Source: a virus. Taken from it: a stretch of 64,000 nucleotides of DNA. Positions 32,801-39,954 of this stretch are shown in pieces. Positions within the stretch are counted from its first letter, which is position 1. Every line of letters begins with the position of its first letter. Location of the stretch: IMG/VR virus record IMGVR_UViG_3300038558_000079, positions 26,555-90,554 of that record. One strand, given 5' to 3'. The position numbers and the translations under genes are program-made. The notes under the pieces were generated by a model. That model had not been told where the DNA came from. It saw only the letters and a program-made list of their open reading frames with translations, and ran no database searches.

Positions 32801-34431
32801 CTCTCCCTGACAGCCTCTATCTGCTTTTCTACTTCGCCTAACTGTTTCGTTTTAGCTTCTAAGTTAGCACCAAGCATTCCCTCTTTTTCCGCATCAGTGC
32901 TACCTCTGAATTGCGTTAATTTTGCCTGATTTTCAGATAGTACATATTTGCTCGCATCTTCACGCTTACCTAAAGACTTTAAATCTTCAATCGCAAAAAG
33001 CTTCTGATTACGTTCTGTTTCATTTAACCCCTCAGTGACTTCCTTTTCCTCGAAAGCGGCTATCTTTTTGGCAGTCAACGCTTTCTGTTTCTGTATCTCA
33101 ATTAAGCCTGCTTTCTGAGTTTGAATGGCATTTTTAAAATATTCTTCGCCACGCTCAGTTACACTTTTCCCCATATAGTCAGCTAAATTCCGCTCTAACT
33201 GACTTCTGTAAACTTCTAATCCCGCTAACTCATCCTCACTTTGTTTTCTCTGGACTTCATTTAACCCTTCTCTACTAAGTGATTCCTCATACTCTATTCC
33301 TAATTCTTTAGCGGCGGCTTCATTACGTCCGGTTTTAGTAACTCTCTTGCGTCCGCTTAATAATCTTTTTTCAATCTCAATTTGGTCTTTGCCGATAATA
33401 GATTGGACACGATCTATTGATTCATCTATTGTCTTTGCCAGACTTGATTCGCTATACCCTTTCTGTATAGCCCGTACTACGGGTGCTTTTGTTATTGCCT
33501 CTCTTATCCCTGGAACAATTCGCTCGAAAATTGAACGTCCTACTAAATCCAACGAGCCAATCTTAGAAGATAGTGCAGACTCTATAGAATCTGTTAATCC
33601 TTCAGAAAACTTAGAAGTAATCATTCTTCCAAAGTTTTCTGACGCTCCTACAAATATGTTGTCAAAAATACCTCTATTCTTGGTTCTTATTTTCGATGCG
33701 GTTGATTGAACTCCTGAACTGTCACTCTTAGTTGCTGAAGTGGTTGTAGTTGTTCCTGGAGTGCTAGTGTAACTTGGTAATGTAGCTGTTCCCGAAGTGT
33801 TACCCGGACTTGGTAGTGTGGCTGTTCCCTGTGGTATGTGCTGCGATAACCCTGGTGTTACTGGCGATCGCGATACAGTAGGCGTTAAGAAGCTTGTAGA
33901 ACCTACTCGGTTGCTACTTTTTTGCTGTGAATTAGTTATATTCTTAACAACATTACTAATTTTATCAGATGCGGTATCAAAACTTTTCTCAATACCGTCT
34001 TTTAAGGTTACACTTATCTTCTCCCCTTCGCTTTGCTTTATTTCTGCCTTTACCTTTACCTTTGTCTCTAATTGTTCTGACAATCCTACAATCTGTTTTT
34101 TAAAGCTAGCCTCATTAATTGGATCCGTTGTAGTTCTGATTCTTAATGGATTCTTCTCAAGCCACGCATTAACATCTTTAACATGTGTACGTTTGGATTC
34201 TATATGCTTATTGAGTTGAGTTAATGGGACATCATCAACTTTAACTTTAACTATTAAGTCTTGGCTTAGTGCTTTTTGAAGACGTTGCCGTTCCTGTGCA
34301 ATATTGGCATTATCAAAACTAACCCCAAGCTTGACAACTGGAGTTTTCACACCTGACAACGACCCCAGTCCCTGATAGAAACCACTGAGATCTAACTTTG
34401 TGCCAATATCAACTGAGGCAATCCTAACCAT
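20878..34431 (-). CDS. giant multidomain tape measure protein (4517 aa)
   Basis: Tape-measure motif QMAGKGKVSAEELRQQLGE, SPSKVF motif, long coiled coils; HELTH, M23 (HRGQD..HLHYE) and SxxK/SDN domains. Confidence 0.9.
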   Translation of the reverse strand: MVRIASVDIGTKLDLSGFYQGLGSLSGVKTPVVKLGVSFDNANIAQERQRLQKALSQDLIVKVKVDDVPLTQLNKHIESKRTHVKDVNAWLEKNPLRIRTTTDPINEASFKKQIVGLSEQLETKVKVKAEIKQSEGEKISVTLKDGIEKSFDTASDKISNVVKNITNSQQKSSNRVGSTSFLTPTVSRSPVTPGLSQHIPQGTATLPSPGNTSGTATLPSYTSTPGTTTTTSATKSDSSGVQSTASKIRTKNRGIFDNIFVGASENFGRMITSKFSEGLTDSIESALSSKIGSLDLVGRSIFERIVPGIREAITKAPVVRAIQKGYSESSLAKTIDESIDRVQSIIGKDQIEIEKRLLSGRKRVTKTGRNEAAAKELGIEYEESLSREGLNEVQRKQSEDELAGLEVYRSQLERNLADYMGKSVTERGEEYFKNAIQTQKAGLIEIQKQKALTAKKIAAFEEKEVTEGLNETERNQKLFAIEDLKSLGKREDASKYVLSENQAKLTQFRGSTDAEKEGMLGANLEAKTKQLGEVEKQIEAVRERVEKLGGEKQKLEHLLDLVGVKGAKGLEGARILRTLAISEKKEAVGKQREDLNTKLTKAEKVLEASNKKVLKYQEALKNALSDSDDDTILAAKALIEKEVLNRKELENLITNVKADLERLNKQELAFIQRAEASVPLAEATVVKNSGGRNNIAEIQKTISTGNVKNIGTEYKKLFAKLRTLDFSSKEEMASALKLMEAMNAQVTVYEKQADDAIKALERGGKTSGTTKKVKKQPKQYQDVIDEVAAIAGISISPEQIPTLKAFSDEEIEDYKKKGIKATGFYSSENNVLKVQKDVLAQLIKGNATPENLETLIHELTHGMQSDFGKIDLFQELKSARKLLKPTVEDYELDPKLARRVEGSASNFKGDTEREAFSREIEQDAYVFTNRNREKIISNIQRKTSLRNIGQLAGSGGGKLLNDLGKIQVEQYKQLIENNKNATYDTSGTGKLLEAKFDNLYKIFEPYLERLKNIDILPQDELDKLYKDLQVLIEKTTFSASQFANKVHTELLGGSREDLLKQLTGSYTSKDELKNIAKSHGVGSSGTKEQIAARLVNNVDLKKLRSTIPQLTPHQKSIISKTDQLVTTPDALKPHLQGRITAARGALNAIKQEEIPQISFEEIQDDYQTIQELLSRDLEDSVKKYLKGASLQLSGIIKNIEGFVLGDIGTDSLELPEIKIPEIESPIVEQIPEIKVPEIHQQVIKETPINPKLSKDLSFVPDKIAESIEQGTKVVVDDYAKQIDDYDWDSLLAQEAANIDLEDITPDVQTGDIDDWDAKFAQSYGLENLGTGLSQGIEKSIPSAELASIELAQGVTKSAKKELEIQSPSKVFERLGRFVVEGFNKGINAVNTVPSFTEKMVETGKQKVEGIVGNLENRRSISQSNKANANAAAAMSHVYNASANRTTSDIDKAMASFDEHEKQQFEAAQKYLEERQVEYQQLLAKAEASIQSGDELELSQHELESLKVYLENAKLLDKQELKGNVVNTSPLISPEKVQQVTQNAGNKFTNSVGVALADLFGGIAARVRKQTEILKMHTPSLIANLVVSANEAELRGDKEESDRLLVYKDKLVANNNRALELTRKTTITPEETQELQELNIATQDIFKSLNVAVPQVNTFFDALFKGSGIAGILIDGLKGLVGGFLAFKGVQFFQNIITSIAPASIEAAIAMESLERRFLFISNNAQEAANSLAFVRGETARLGTDMKSSMEGYVSLGAATRDTALESQTQKIFSGVSQASTVYDLNSEQQSRVFAAVQQMAGKGKVSAEELRQQLGEVLPGAFNIAARAIGVTTQTLDKMMSQGKLLSEDFLPKFAQQLSAETAMGVKGAANSSVSALINFNNALFQMQATIGKTLLPIKNLLLALGSGAIKFVTENADFLLGVFRALAVMAGVNLFQSFGALTAALMKIPGVASAASAAMGTFQKILGNGDNKLKATQLVDGIGDTLQNIRANPVQSLRSGASNVLSSAKNFGVAMLDNAKGGLSALNGGLLSLQKNGISNIGANFTRGAIGVRAFGKAALINGVAGFIGLASGARALLSALAPMLTMFVVIEVGMKVFEGISAAFKDASGDSRNFADTATESLQKYREALAESRGETEKFKATKLVRDESLLDAMGIGALLPKEIKADANWFDKLRFGTGKAVTGLIESPANLLKKLSGGRVGSTYEDKKLGDNINATSDLSLGVNATTSEALSLLGTKGQGVRELGQLKQYDDQLRQIQTRRAALVAINPQDKAGLKVIDDEQTKILEAREKISKPIGILQSNMQTNVDMLKKEIEKYQKLANEPGRNQAQYKNVLAGLESDLTSAQKAQDKFNRAVGESVNAFSLMQKNIQGVVDKLADAEDKATVAGNTLKSSLYTNSKTQGELQFGLSELDIQQQEAKIKRLLDAQAQTKALLQNKDAQNTLQAYGITENTGRAELKTISEKAGERVNDKYVIDQYAALQERSVEISNLQAGVEQGKYEFNQKLVELNKQIEEYYRSASRQFAESSLEAQRQTSQLKIQSYATDIKTSISGFQDNIVSQFADSVIESIQQLSEAADKQFDVGSAALQANNAFEDSLRQGEELRRQLPGISAKGSIDIPAIPIELDLSKIGIDNKFIDITKAFNNGLLEAKDTIKDSESATNDLTSAFQDVTLGSLDFGDTIQQTVATTEDGIYATQGLGSELLNTTFTASDLGFAIETNTDSINSNNDAVIATNDSLFASLEATGNVTAATINWGTEISNVGGVIENELKVALDSLPLSIQEIIKNTVDWFSTFANNIPILNIIGQIFNSWGQQLESVTQSVVSFRQGAMQTAGNVVQQGIGFVQNALGIGEKPPVGNASQPVFPIAGVTAAQAESRKTSPWGMRRHPVTGQTRMHRGQDYGYGEGTQVVSPMAGVVTGVKYQAGGAGKYVVVESIDEHGRKIEHKFFHLSAYDVVEGQKLNAGDKIGKVGSTGIGTGAHLHYETWINGKNVNPTEFLAGRNGRGLSSAQKGQIEQHHPGDGHNHGGSATQVKQNQSQRQGINASQIASQYGLNSLLVQDVKSGEILGTYNANQAPSSPASTIKLIAADLIHAAIKEGKVSLDQSVTIAKNQVAEGSSIQAGQKVSIRDLMTRMLRDSDNTSFNALVGILGGTEAATAQAQKRGFTGTQIRNYLSIPGATNAFGNTSTPADVTKAMRNLQINQGGAADTARAALGQTRNFGFSGESGGKIGNNSRVTGNVGLANINGRQVIITAYKNQGDSTRNRSQITSASNDVVSQLQGRNTSVSPNIPQRVVNQGGAPKLGKGYEALNELGGQLSQNKYFDPSTAEGRGRLVLALGIGGSEAFEKGTNRRAFYTYKGGTGNNMQGFGQFNNAYHKEIINTPEKYQNFFGQILAGERRLPNSQKGIGDYGSKVIEAVQSGRIKDGADLIRWMQANKLGGSNWQGVDDGWKRNPGLADQLVSYLKGGLPTQQKNTPNNTANVQIPQVANTPVPTVWTPGSIATRGNTAISDVTGRAEQQRDRQVELARQKASNEAAQNTANALRASNKAFLDLERELRQNGIKVSSLSNQVTDTNLEYKGALDNEQKRQQEQRQLETKYTELENSIVEQKRAIESQIGTARVLLSKGGVVSPEMREKVQKLIDDPTIKENLREQLRTALTTGVLGDDGKNILNRAVTEGEDQLKKLTIGLENVRKGREESKKLLDDRFAAEEKARKQQASFDIENASIDTLKAKLDQLQQLKSTAPFSPDVKGIPDLEALISAREEQLNLEKQLKGIQDKEKAKEYTKEEADRLRAEIGERKKILDVTLKQKTENAKLAFLRESEARDREARQELVQAEIANDKVRIEQLKTLAQTNPLSPELANNAIGELEKRVALREAELQLAQELAAIEQAGFEGKRTPEEITKLNAEKQSEYDVKIQNINAQAQQTAFASQISQSKVILSIKEQELQYQKQIVDTTTQAINLGLQQGDPIKLKFEVDKKELEISVEKQILDMKEFANSTGKSQEEIAELELRIRELNNLTLDNLKGEFDKALAQRTETISQRVSGSQVELLETQASFYSNRGMTNKARTLQRDSAILQQQSAYRGQKIELEEFIRTTQVGAIEADKLRQNLEQINQVKLDTVKDNFNAFKPVIDTVQTGLKGFFAGIIKGGQSIEELFNGLMDSILGSVAEIASNYLVEKLFGGLLGGNKNEGQGGMFEQGDSGDTNPLSLLDGGSELGTTPVLPVYVNVVNGNTFGGLNNGTLGSMFGGKEDSTTSFLASTFSGFTGKVDSANPVPVGIIKSAPDALSPITNALGSFFSGKGGFGSIVSGIGSLFSGDGKNSGGGGIGRILASVSGMVGGGGLGGIVGIASSLLGSFFWNGGIVGNYAQGGIIDAIDREKSLNGGRGVAIAALTHGERVLNLAQTQNLDKLGGVDILNFNDGGMVGYVPKTTEYGGSADKVIENASRPKDINVKLETQVINGVEYLTKSQGEDLARKAAQQGAEQGAKYISDRMLNSPSYRATHGI

Positions 34432-34508
34432 AATAATACCGCTTTAGCTCTCGTTTATGATAGCACGGGTGACTTGGCGGTATTATGGTAGATCCAATGG
34501 TTAATGGA

Positions 34509-34794
34509 GTTTAAACGGAAGTACCCCGCTTCGCGGGGTAACTTCCGGCTGAAAGCATCACCGGATAAGACTTTCCAGAATTGAGGAAAATCATTACATG
34601 ACTACCAATCGTTGTAACCCTTATGTGGCGGGGATTTCAGCCGTTCTTGTCATTGCAACCATTTTAGTACATTTTTTTGCGATCGCCACCCATACATGAC
34701 TACCTACGAAGTAAATACAACAGCCTGAATTTCTTGCTACACAAGGATTTCAGCCCACAAAAGTACATTTGTATGGGGTAACTTCCGTTTAAAC
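34509..34794. repeat. nested inverted/direct repeat cluster (origin-like)
   Basis: GTTTAAACGGAAGT (34509) inverted to 34781-34794; GGGGTAACTTCCG x2; TACATGACTACC x2; two 31-bp dyad boxes (34611, 34724). Confidence 0.7.
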
Positions 34795-35030
34795 ATTTAA
34801 AGTTGCAAATAGTTCTAGTGTCTTCCCCCTCACTGATGCTTCGCCACTAATAGTTCTCGAAACCGTCAATAATTCTGTCCTGAAACCAGCTTCCCTATAG
34901 TAATCCTCTAACAATGGAGAATTACTAACCGCTATAGTACATCCTCGCTTGGCAGACAGCAGTGCTATAAGTTCTAACTGGTGACCGGGGTTGTTGACGT
35001 TGTTAACTGTACTGATTATATCAACAGTAT
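34789..35030 (-). pseudogene. C-terminal remnant of a Dam-like adenine methyltransferase
   Basis: Frame lacking an upstream start: HQLELIALLSAKRGCTIAVSNSPLLEDYYREAGFRTELLTVSRTISGEASVRGKTLELFATLNV*, resembling the Dam C-terminus (SN..Y..F..V.R.IS..R.K..EL). Confidence 0.5.
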
Positions 35031-35054
35031 ACCAGTATCACTAGGTAATGTCAA
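35026..35054 (-). promoter_or_regulatory. sigma70-type promoter
   Basis: TTGACA-17-TATACT. Confidence 0.65.
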
Positions 35055-38000
35055 CTACCCTTTGATGTATTTCATACCCTTCGCTGCCACATCCTGACGT
35101 AATAACTTGAAGGCTAATTTACCGTCGGATAAGAGTGCATCGTCTTCACATCTTTGGTAATTTGCAAGTAGGTTTTGAATATAAAGGTATGGTGTGTCCA
35201 CCGCTTTAAATTCTGGGGTGTATTCCTCACCCGATGCGTAGGTTTCTCGAATTCGTAGCATAGCAATAGTAACCCGTACCATATCTTCAAGTTCTATCTC
35301 TGTGAGATTGGTGTTACAGGCTTTGCAGAAAAACTGCAAAGTATTAGGATTTCCAAGGTCGTTCAATGGGAGTATCTCGTGCAGGGTGATCACCTCTTGA
35401 AAGTCGTCAAATACCTGCTTAGGTGTTAAAGTCTCATAATTATTAAGACCGCTGAGAATAGTCTCTAGAGTACGTCCTGTTGTAGATGCAATAGGTAAAG
35501 TATCGAGTGTCATTTGTGGTGTTGAGATTGCTAAGGTTTCTTCATCCATTATATCATCATTAGATTCTGTTACTACATCAGGTGTCTGATTGTATTTCCG
35601 GTCATATCCCGCTAATAAATTCTGACGTGTTACATCAGATAAGAATTCAGAGGAAAAGCTGTATGTGTACTGCTTCCCCACTTTCTGAGACGTGAAACTA
35701 TACCCCAACTTCTCCAATATCCAGGTAGCTAACTTCGCGGCTCTTACATCGTTAGTGCCTGCTATTATCTTGGGGAAATTATCGTTAAATTCTGTAGCTA
35801 ATTCATCCTTTATCTTCGCTGATACCTTATTGACTTTTAGTGCCCATTCCTTTAATCCCGGCGTTGAGCTACTAAAAGTTAAGTTAGGATTCTCTAAATC
35901 CAATATAGACTCCAATTCCTGAATCTTGAGATACTTCGTTAGTGCATGTACTTTATATCCCAGTAGCTTCACATCCTGTAAGCAAAATTCTAATCCTTCC
36001 TGGTAGTTTTTAGCATAGCGTTTTAACTTGCTGACATCTAGAGCAGGTACTAAGTGTGGGTTCTTGTAGAGAAACCAGAGTAAGTTAGCGTGAATTACTT
36101 CCCGGTAATTATATTTCCAGTGATACACCATGGATACAGTGCATTCTGGTTCTAGTATCCCGGTAGAAATGAGTATTTTTGATTTTGTTCCTTGTCGTTG
36201 TATTTCCGGGTCACAAGCCATCTGTTCAGCCGAATGAGCCGTTGCATAGTCCGTAAAGATTGCCTCTACCGCTGCAACTTTCTCACATGATTCGAGCCGT
36301 GTCACTTCTATGGTTTCTTTGATTACTTCGTTGTACGAATTTTTGAACCCGTCTGCAAATGTTATTTCATGACCTGCGGCTCTTAATTCGGCTACCATCA
36401 CGTCGTAAAAATTAGCCCGTGCCCAATTCTGGTTCGCTACAAGTTCATAATAGTACCAGCTATGCTTGGGCGACAAGGTAGGATAATCATCCCCTTCAAG
36501 GAATTTTTCCAATAACCCTATGAGCGCTTTACCATTAATGTAATCGGGGTTATCAGTCGCTGTGGAATCTGTAAAATTATTGGCTGTATGTTGCCGCAGC
36601 ACTTCCTTAATAAGTTGGTCTGCTATCTCTGTTAAGTTGGACTCCTGACGCTTCTTATCAGCAATCACACCTTCTACCGTAACCGCCCCATGATACTTGC
36701 CCTTACTGGCGTATATATTCCAATCAGTGAGATGACGATCGCGTGCCATCTGCTGGAGGGATTCAATAGGAGTATTAACCGCAAAAAATAGACCATAAGC
36801 CTTCTGGAAATACACAGCATCAATCGATAACCCATTAGCTAATGTAGGCGAAAACATGAACAGATCCGGGGTCTTAGTAAGAATAGACTGATTTAAGTTA
36901 TTCATCACGCTGCGTGCTTCATCGGTGCGTGATGAGTCGGAATCTAGCCGGATAACGCTCTTAGGTGTTTTTCCCTGAGACACTAAGGAATCCTGTGCTA
37001 GTGATTCTAGAGCCTGTAGATTTTCCTTACTATCTGATGCTACCAACGCGGGTACATCAGACTTTACCAGTTGTGCTACTGTTGTCTCGAAAAAACTTGC
37101 CTTCTCCTTACCTGTTAATACCACATTTCTCTTTTTGGGTTTTGTGGTATTAATAAGTACTTTTACAGGTGTGTCTGGCATGAACTGTAGGACATACTTT
37201 ATCGTACTTTTCCTCAATGTCGCATCACTAAGAATACAGCCGCCATTATTGGCATTGGCTAATGCTAATAACTTACAGAGTGCAGATATATTCTCAGCAC
37301 GCTTGAGACGATGTGTCTCTCCAGTGAGTAAGTGAATCAAACCTGATTCACATTCATCTAGTACTAAATGGAAAGGTTGGTCGGTGTTGAATGTTGAGAG
37401 TTTGTGAAGTGAATCGTAACACAATCCAATCCGCTTAACACGTCCTTGTAGGAAGTCAGATACTTGAATATCATCTATCCAATTTATCTTTTCCTGTGGG
37501 GTGTTACCACTTAATGAGATAGCTTGGGAATATCCCAGAGCAATCCGATTATAGATGAAAATCTTAGGAGTATCAGTAGTAGTTAACCACTGCTTTAATG
37601 CTGTAGACTTACCCACTCCCATTGCGGCTTGAATACCTACTACTCCGCTATGGGGGATGTTAGCTAGGAAGTTCTCACTACAATAGGGTGTAGATTCACT
37701 GTAGCAGGGATACCCGGAATCGAGAAGATTCCGAGATTCAAAATGTTGCTTAAGCCGCTCCGAAAATTCAGATGTCTTAGTAGCGGCATCTTTCTTGAAG
37801 TTGTTCTTTAGCTTGATTCCATACTCTGTAAAATATGGCTTTAATATTGAAAAGTTGCCGCTCCACTTTATTTCCCCAGTCTCACGCCAAATCAAGTAAT
37901 TAGCGAGTCCAACAGACCCCACATCACAGGCGTGACAGCGCCAAGCGTGGTCGCCATCAATCTCTACCTGAAATGATGTACCTGACGTTGACTCATGTCG

Positions 38001-39128
38001 TGGGCAATTACCCTGTAACCAGCCGCGTCCATGCTCTGTAAAATCGTGACCATGCCAGTCAAAACCGTCAATCCCAGCACGATTATTTAATTCCTGTGCA
38101 GCTTCTAAAATGTCTTCAAATTCGTCACAATCACTGTCATCTACTATTACTCCCGACTTCGCTCTCTCAACTTTCTTAGCTTCTCTCTCGGCTTTCTTCT
38201 GGGCAAATTCTAACTGCCTCTGTTCCTTCTTTTCGGCTTCAATCGCCTCTAAGTCAGTCCATGCTGTTATCAGATCCAGTAGCCGCTCTGGTAGGGGGGC
38301 TACCTTAGTGTCTAAGGCTGAGTGTATCCATTTGTACATCCCCGTGGCAGGATGCCGGGACGGGGGTAGGACACTATAGCGACCGTTGTATCTGAATTCT
38401 AAAAGTTCACCCTTATCTGGAGTGATTAGCTCTTGTTCAGGTGATACTGGGTACTTATCCCTAAATGCCTTGGGAAGTTCAGCGTAAGACTTTGGTATAC
38501 ACGTCACCCAATCCTCAAACCGTTCCCAGTGCGATCGCGGTACTTGAAACAGCATTTGATAGCGACCAGGTTTTCCCGATGTCCAAGATACCGTCTTGGG
38601 AAGAGGTTCACCGCCAAGAATTAACTCTAGTAATGGTTGTGCTGATGCCCCGTCTACATCGATAGCCAGTAGCCCATCTGAGGAATTACCAGTTATTAGT
38701 CCTATGCCGCTATAGTATTCGCGGTACAGGTAACGTTGAAGTTCTGGGTATTCCCACCCATAGTCCTCAAGCATCTGTGCTACAACAGCACTACCCCGAT
38801 ATTCCTTCTTAATACACCGCTTACCCTCAGCCAGATAGTCGATTACATCGCGTCGTTCCATGAGGTCGATGTAGTAATTCTCACCACTTGCTGGTGACTT
38901 GTCCCGGCACAATAGCAATTGCCACCAATAGGGAACCCTAATGGCTGTATTCACCAACTCAGTCCGCTGCGGGTCATCAAGAGGTTTAAAGGGATAAAAG
39001 GCATTCGGGTCGTAAACCCTTGACTTTTTCTTAGTACTGGAATATACTGAAGGTATCTTTTTGCTTTCGTCCTCTTCTCCGGTCTCAACGGGGTGGGGGT
39101 ATTTTTTTGTGGAGGTACTGGTAATCAT
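35055..39128 (-). CDS. replication protein: Prim-Pol primase + Zn finger + SF2 (CyRepA1/origin-binding-like) helicase
   Basis: GLLAIDVDG, SVLPPSRHP, CPRH..CHAC, AAMGVGKS, LVLDECES, SPTLANGLSID, QQMARDR. Confidence 0.8.
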   Translation of the reverse strand: MITSTSTKKYPHPVETGEEDESKKIPSVYSSTKKKSRVYDPNAFYPFKPLDDPQRTELVNTAIRVPYWWQLLLCRDKSPASGENYYIDLMERRDVIDYLAEGKRCIKKEYRGSAVVAQMLEDYGWEYPELQRYLYREYYSGIGLITGNSSDGLLAIDVDGASAQPLLELILGGEPLPKTVSWTSGKPGRYQMLFQVPRSHWERFEDWVTCIPKSYAELPKAFRDKYPVSPEQELITPDKGELLEFRYNGRYSVLPPSRHPATGMYKWIHSALDTKVAPLPERLLDLITAWTDLEAIEAEKKEQRQLEFAQKKAEREAKKVERAKSGVIVDDSDCDEFEDILEAAQELNNRAGIDGFDWHGHDFTEHGRGWLQGNCPRHESTSGTSFQVEIDGDHAWRCHACDVGSVGLANYLIWRETGEIKWSGNFSILKPYFTEYGIKLKNNFKKDAATKTSEFSERLKQHFESRNLLDSGYPCYSESTPYCSENFLANIPHSGVVGIQAAMGVGKSTALKQWLTTTDTPKIFIYNRIALGYSQAISLSGNTPQEKINWIDDIQVSDFLQGRVKRIGLCYDSLHKLSTFNTDQPFHLVLDECESGLIHLLTGETHRLKRAENISALCKLLALANANNGGCILSDATLRKSTIKYVLQFMPDTPVKVLINTTKPKKRNVVLTGKEKASFFETTVAQLVKSDVPALVASDSKENLQALESLAQDSLVSQGKTPKSVIRLDSDSSRTDEARSVMNNLNQSILTKTPDLFMFSPTLANGLSIDAVYFQKAYGLFFAVNTPIESLQQMARDRHLTDWNIYASKGKYHGAVTVEGVIADKKRQESNLTEIADQLIKEVLRQHTANNFTDSTATDNPDYINGKALIGLLEKFLEGDDYPTLSPKHSWYYYELVANQNWARANFYDVMVAELRAAGHEITFADGFKNSYNEVIKETIEVTRLESCEKVAAVEAIFTDYATAHSAEQMACDPEIQRQGTKSKILISTGILEPECTVSMVYHWKYNYREVIHANLLWFLYKNPHLVPALDVSKLKRYAKNYQEGLEFCLQDVKLLGYKVHALTKYLKIQELESILDLENPNLTFSSSTPGLKEWALKVNKVSAKIKDELATEFNDNFPKIIAGTNDVRAAKLATWILEKLGYSFTSQKVGKQYTYSFSSEFLSDVTRQNLLAGYDRKYNQTPDVVTESNDDIMDEETLAISTPQMTLDTLPIASTTGRTLETILSGLNNYETLTPKQVFDDFQEVITLHEILPLNDLGNPNTLQFFCKACNTNLTEIELEDMVRVTIAMLRIRETYASGEEYTPEFKAVDTPYLYIQNLLANYQRCEDDALLSDGKLAFKLLRQDVAAKGMKYIKG

Positions 39129-39232
39129 GGGTTGTATCCCTCGGTGTGGTTCCTCTTTAATATAACAGACTTTTTGCGTAATGTCTATGTGTATGTTATA
39201 ATATAGGCGTAATTAATTCGGAGCAACAGGTA

Positions 39233-39670
39233 ATGACGTACACAGGGTTAGAAAGCGGTGAACCACGTCCTCTTGAGTACCAAGATATTATAGCTACTAC
39301 TACTAGTCAGTTAAAGCGAGCGGTAGGAAATAAAAATGAAATTTTGGCACTGCAAAAAGAAGTAAACAAACAGCGACGCGCTGCTGCTGCAATACTCAAA
39401 AGGCGATTTGACAAAATGTCACTTACCACTGAAGTTACTGAGGTGGTAAGTATCAAACGGGGGAAAGGAAGACCACCATTACCCAGAGAGAGACGAAAGT
39501 ACTCTAGACATATTGTTGCAACAGACAATCTGTGGGACGATCTACTACTCCTGTCTGACTTTTATGGAGTAGCTAGCCGTAGCGAGGTCATCGCGCAACT
39601 CGTAAAAGAGAAATTCGTGCGGTTGAAAGAACAGCACGCTGCAAATCCTGAAAACCCTTTCCCTATATAA
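39233..39670 (+). CDS. ribbon-helix-helix-like regulator with AT-hook-like motif
   Basis: KRGKGRPP followed by HIVATDNLWDDL...SRSEVIAQLV; divergent from the rep gene. Confidence 0.55.
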   Translation: MTYTGLESGEPRPLEYQDIIATTTSQLKRAVGNKNEILALQKEVNKQRRAAAAILKRRFDKMSLTTEVTEVVSIKRGKGRPPLPRERRKYSRHIVATDNLWDDLLLLSDFYGVASRSEVIAQLVKEKFVRLKEQHAANPENPFPI

Positions 39671-39757
39671 GTCCTGGCTTCCGACATGTTTACCTCTTTA
39701 TAGATTATGGATACAACTTGTCGGATGCTGAAATCTGTACACTGCATGGTTTCTAGG
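39648..39757 (-). repeat. composite palindromic element, copy 3 (core reversed)
   Basis: TTCCGACATGTT-24-AACTTGTCGGAT; core is the reverse complement of the consensus. Confidence 0.9.
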
Positions 39758-39769
39758 CTGTCACAAAAC

Positions 39770-39804
39770 AAAAAACTACTACGGGGTGTTTGTAGTAGTT
39801 TTTT
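39770..39804. terminator. bidirectional terminator
   Basis: AAAAAACTACTAC..GTAGTAGTTTTTT between convergent genes. Confidence 0.7.
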
Positions 39805-39954
39805 AATGTAAAATCTTTTTTGGCAGCCCCTAACCCCACATCGACTCTGTTTTTACCGATAAGACTGTCGTGATGGTTAACTCATAGTCTAGAGGTGTAT
39901 CTATGTTCACGATCGCCAGTATCAACTCCAGAAGTAATCGAATCAATATTATCT

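Noticed and set aside
21311-34219. Many plus-strand ORFs within the tape measure gene
   Set aside because: Antisense shadows of a long biased coding frame; Ser/Leu/Phe-rich with no motifs
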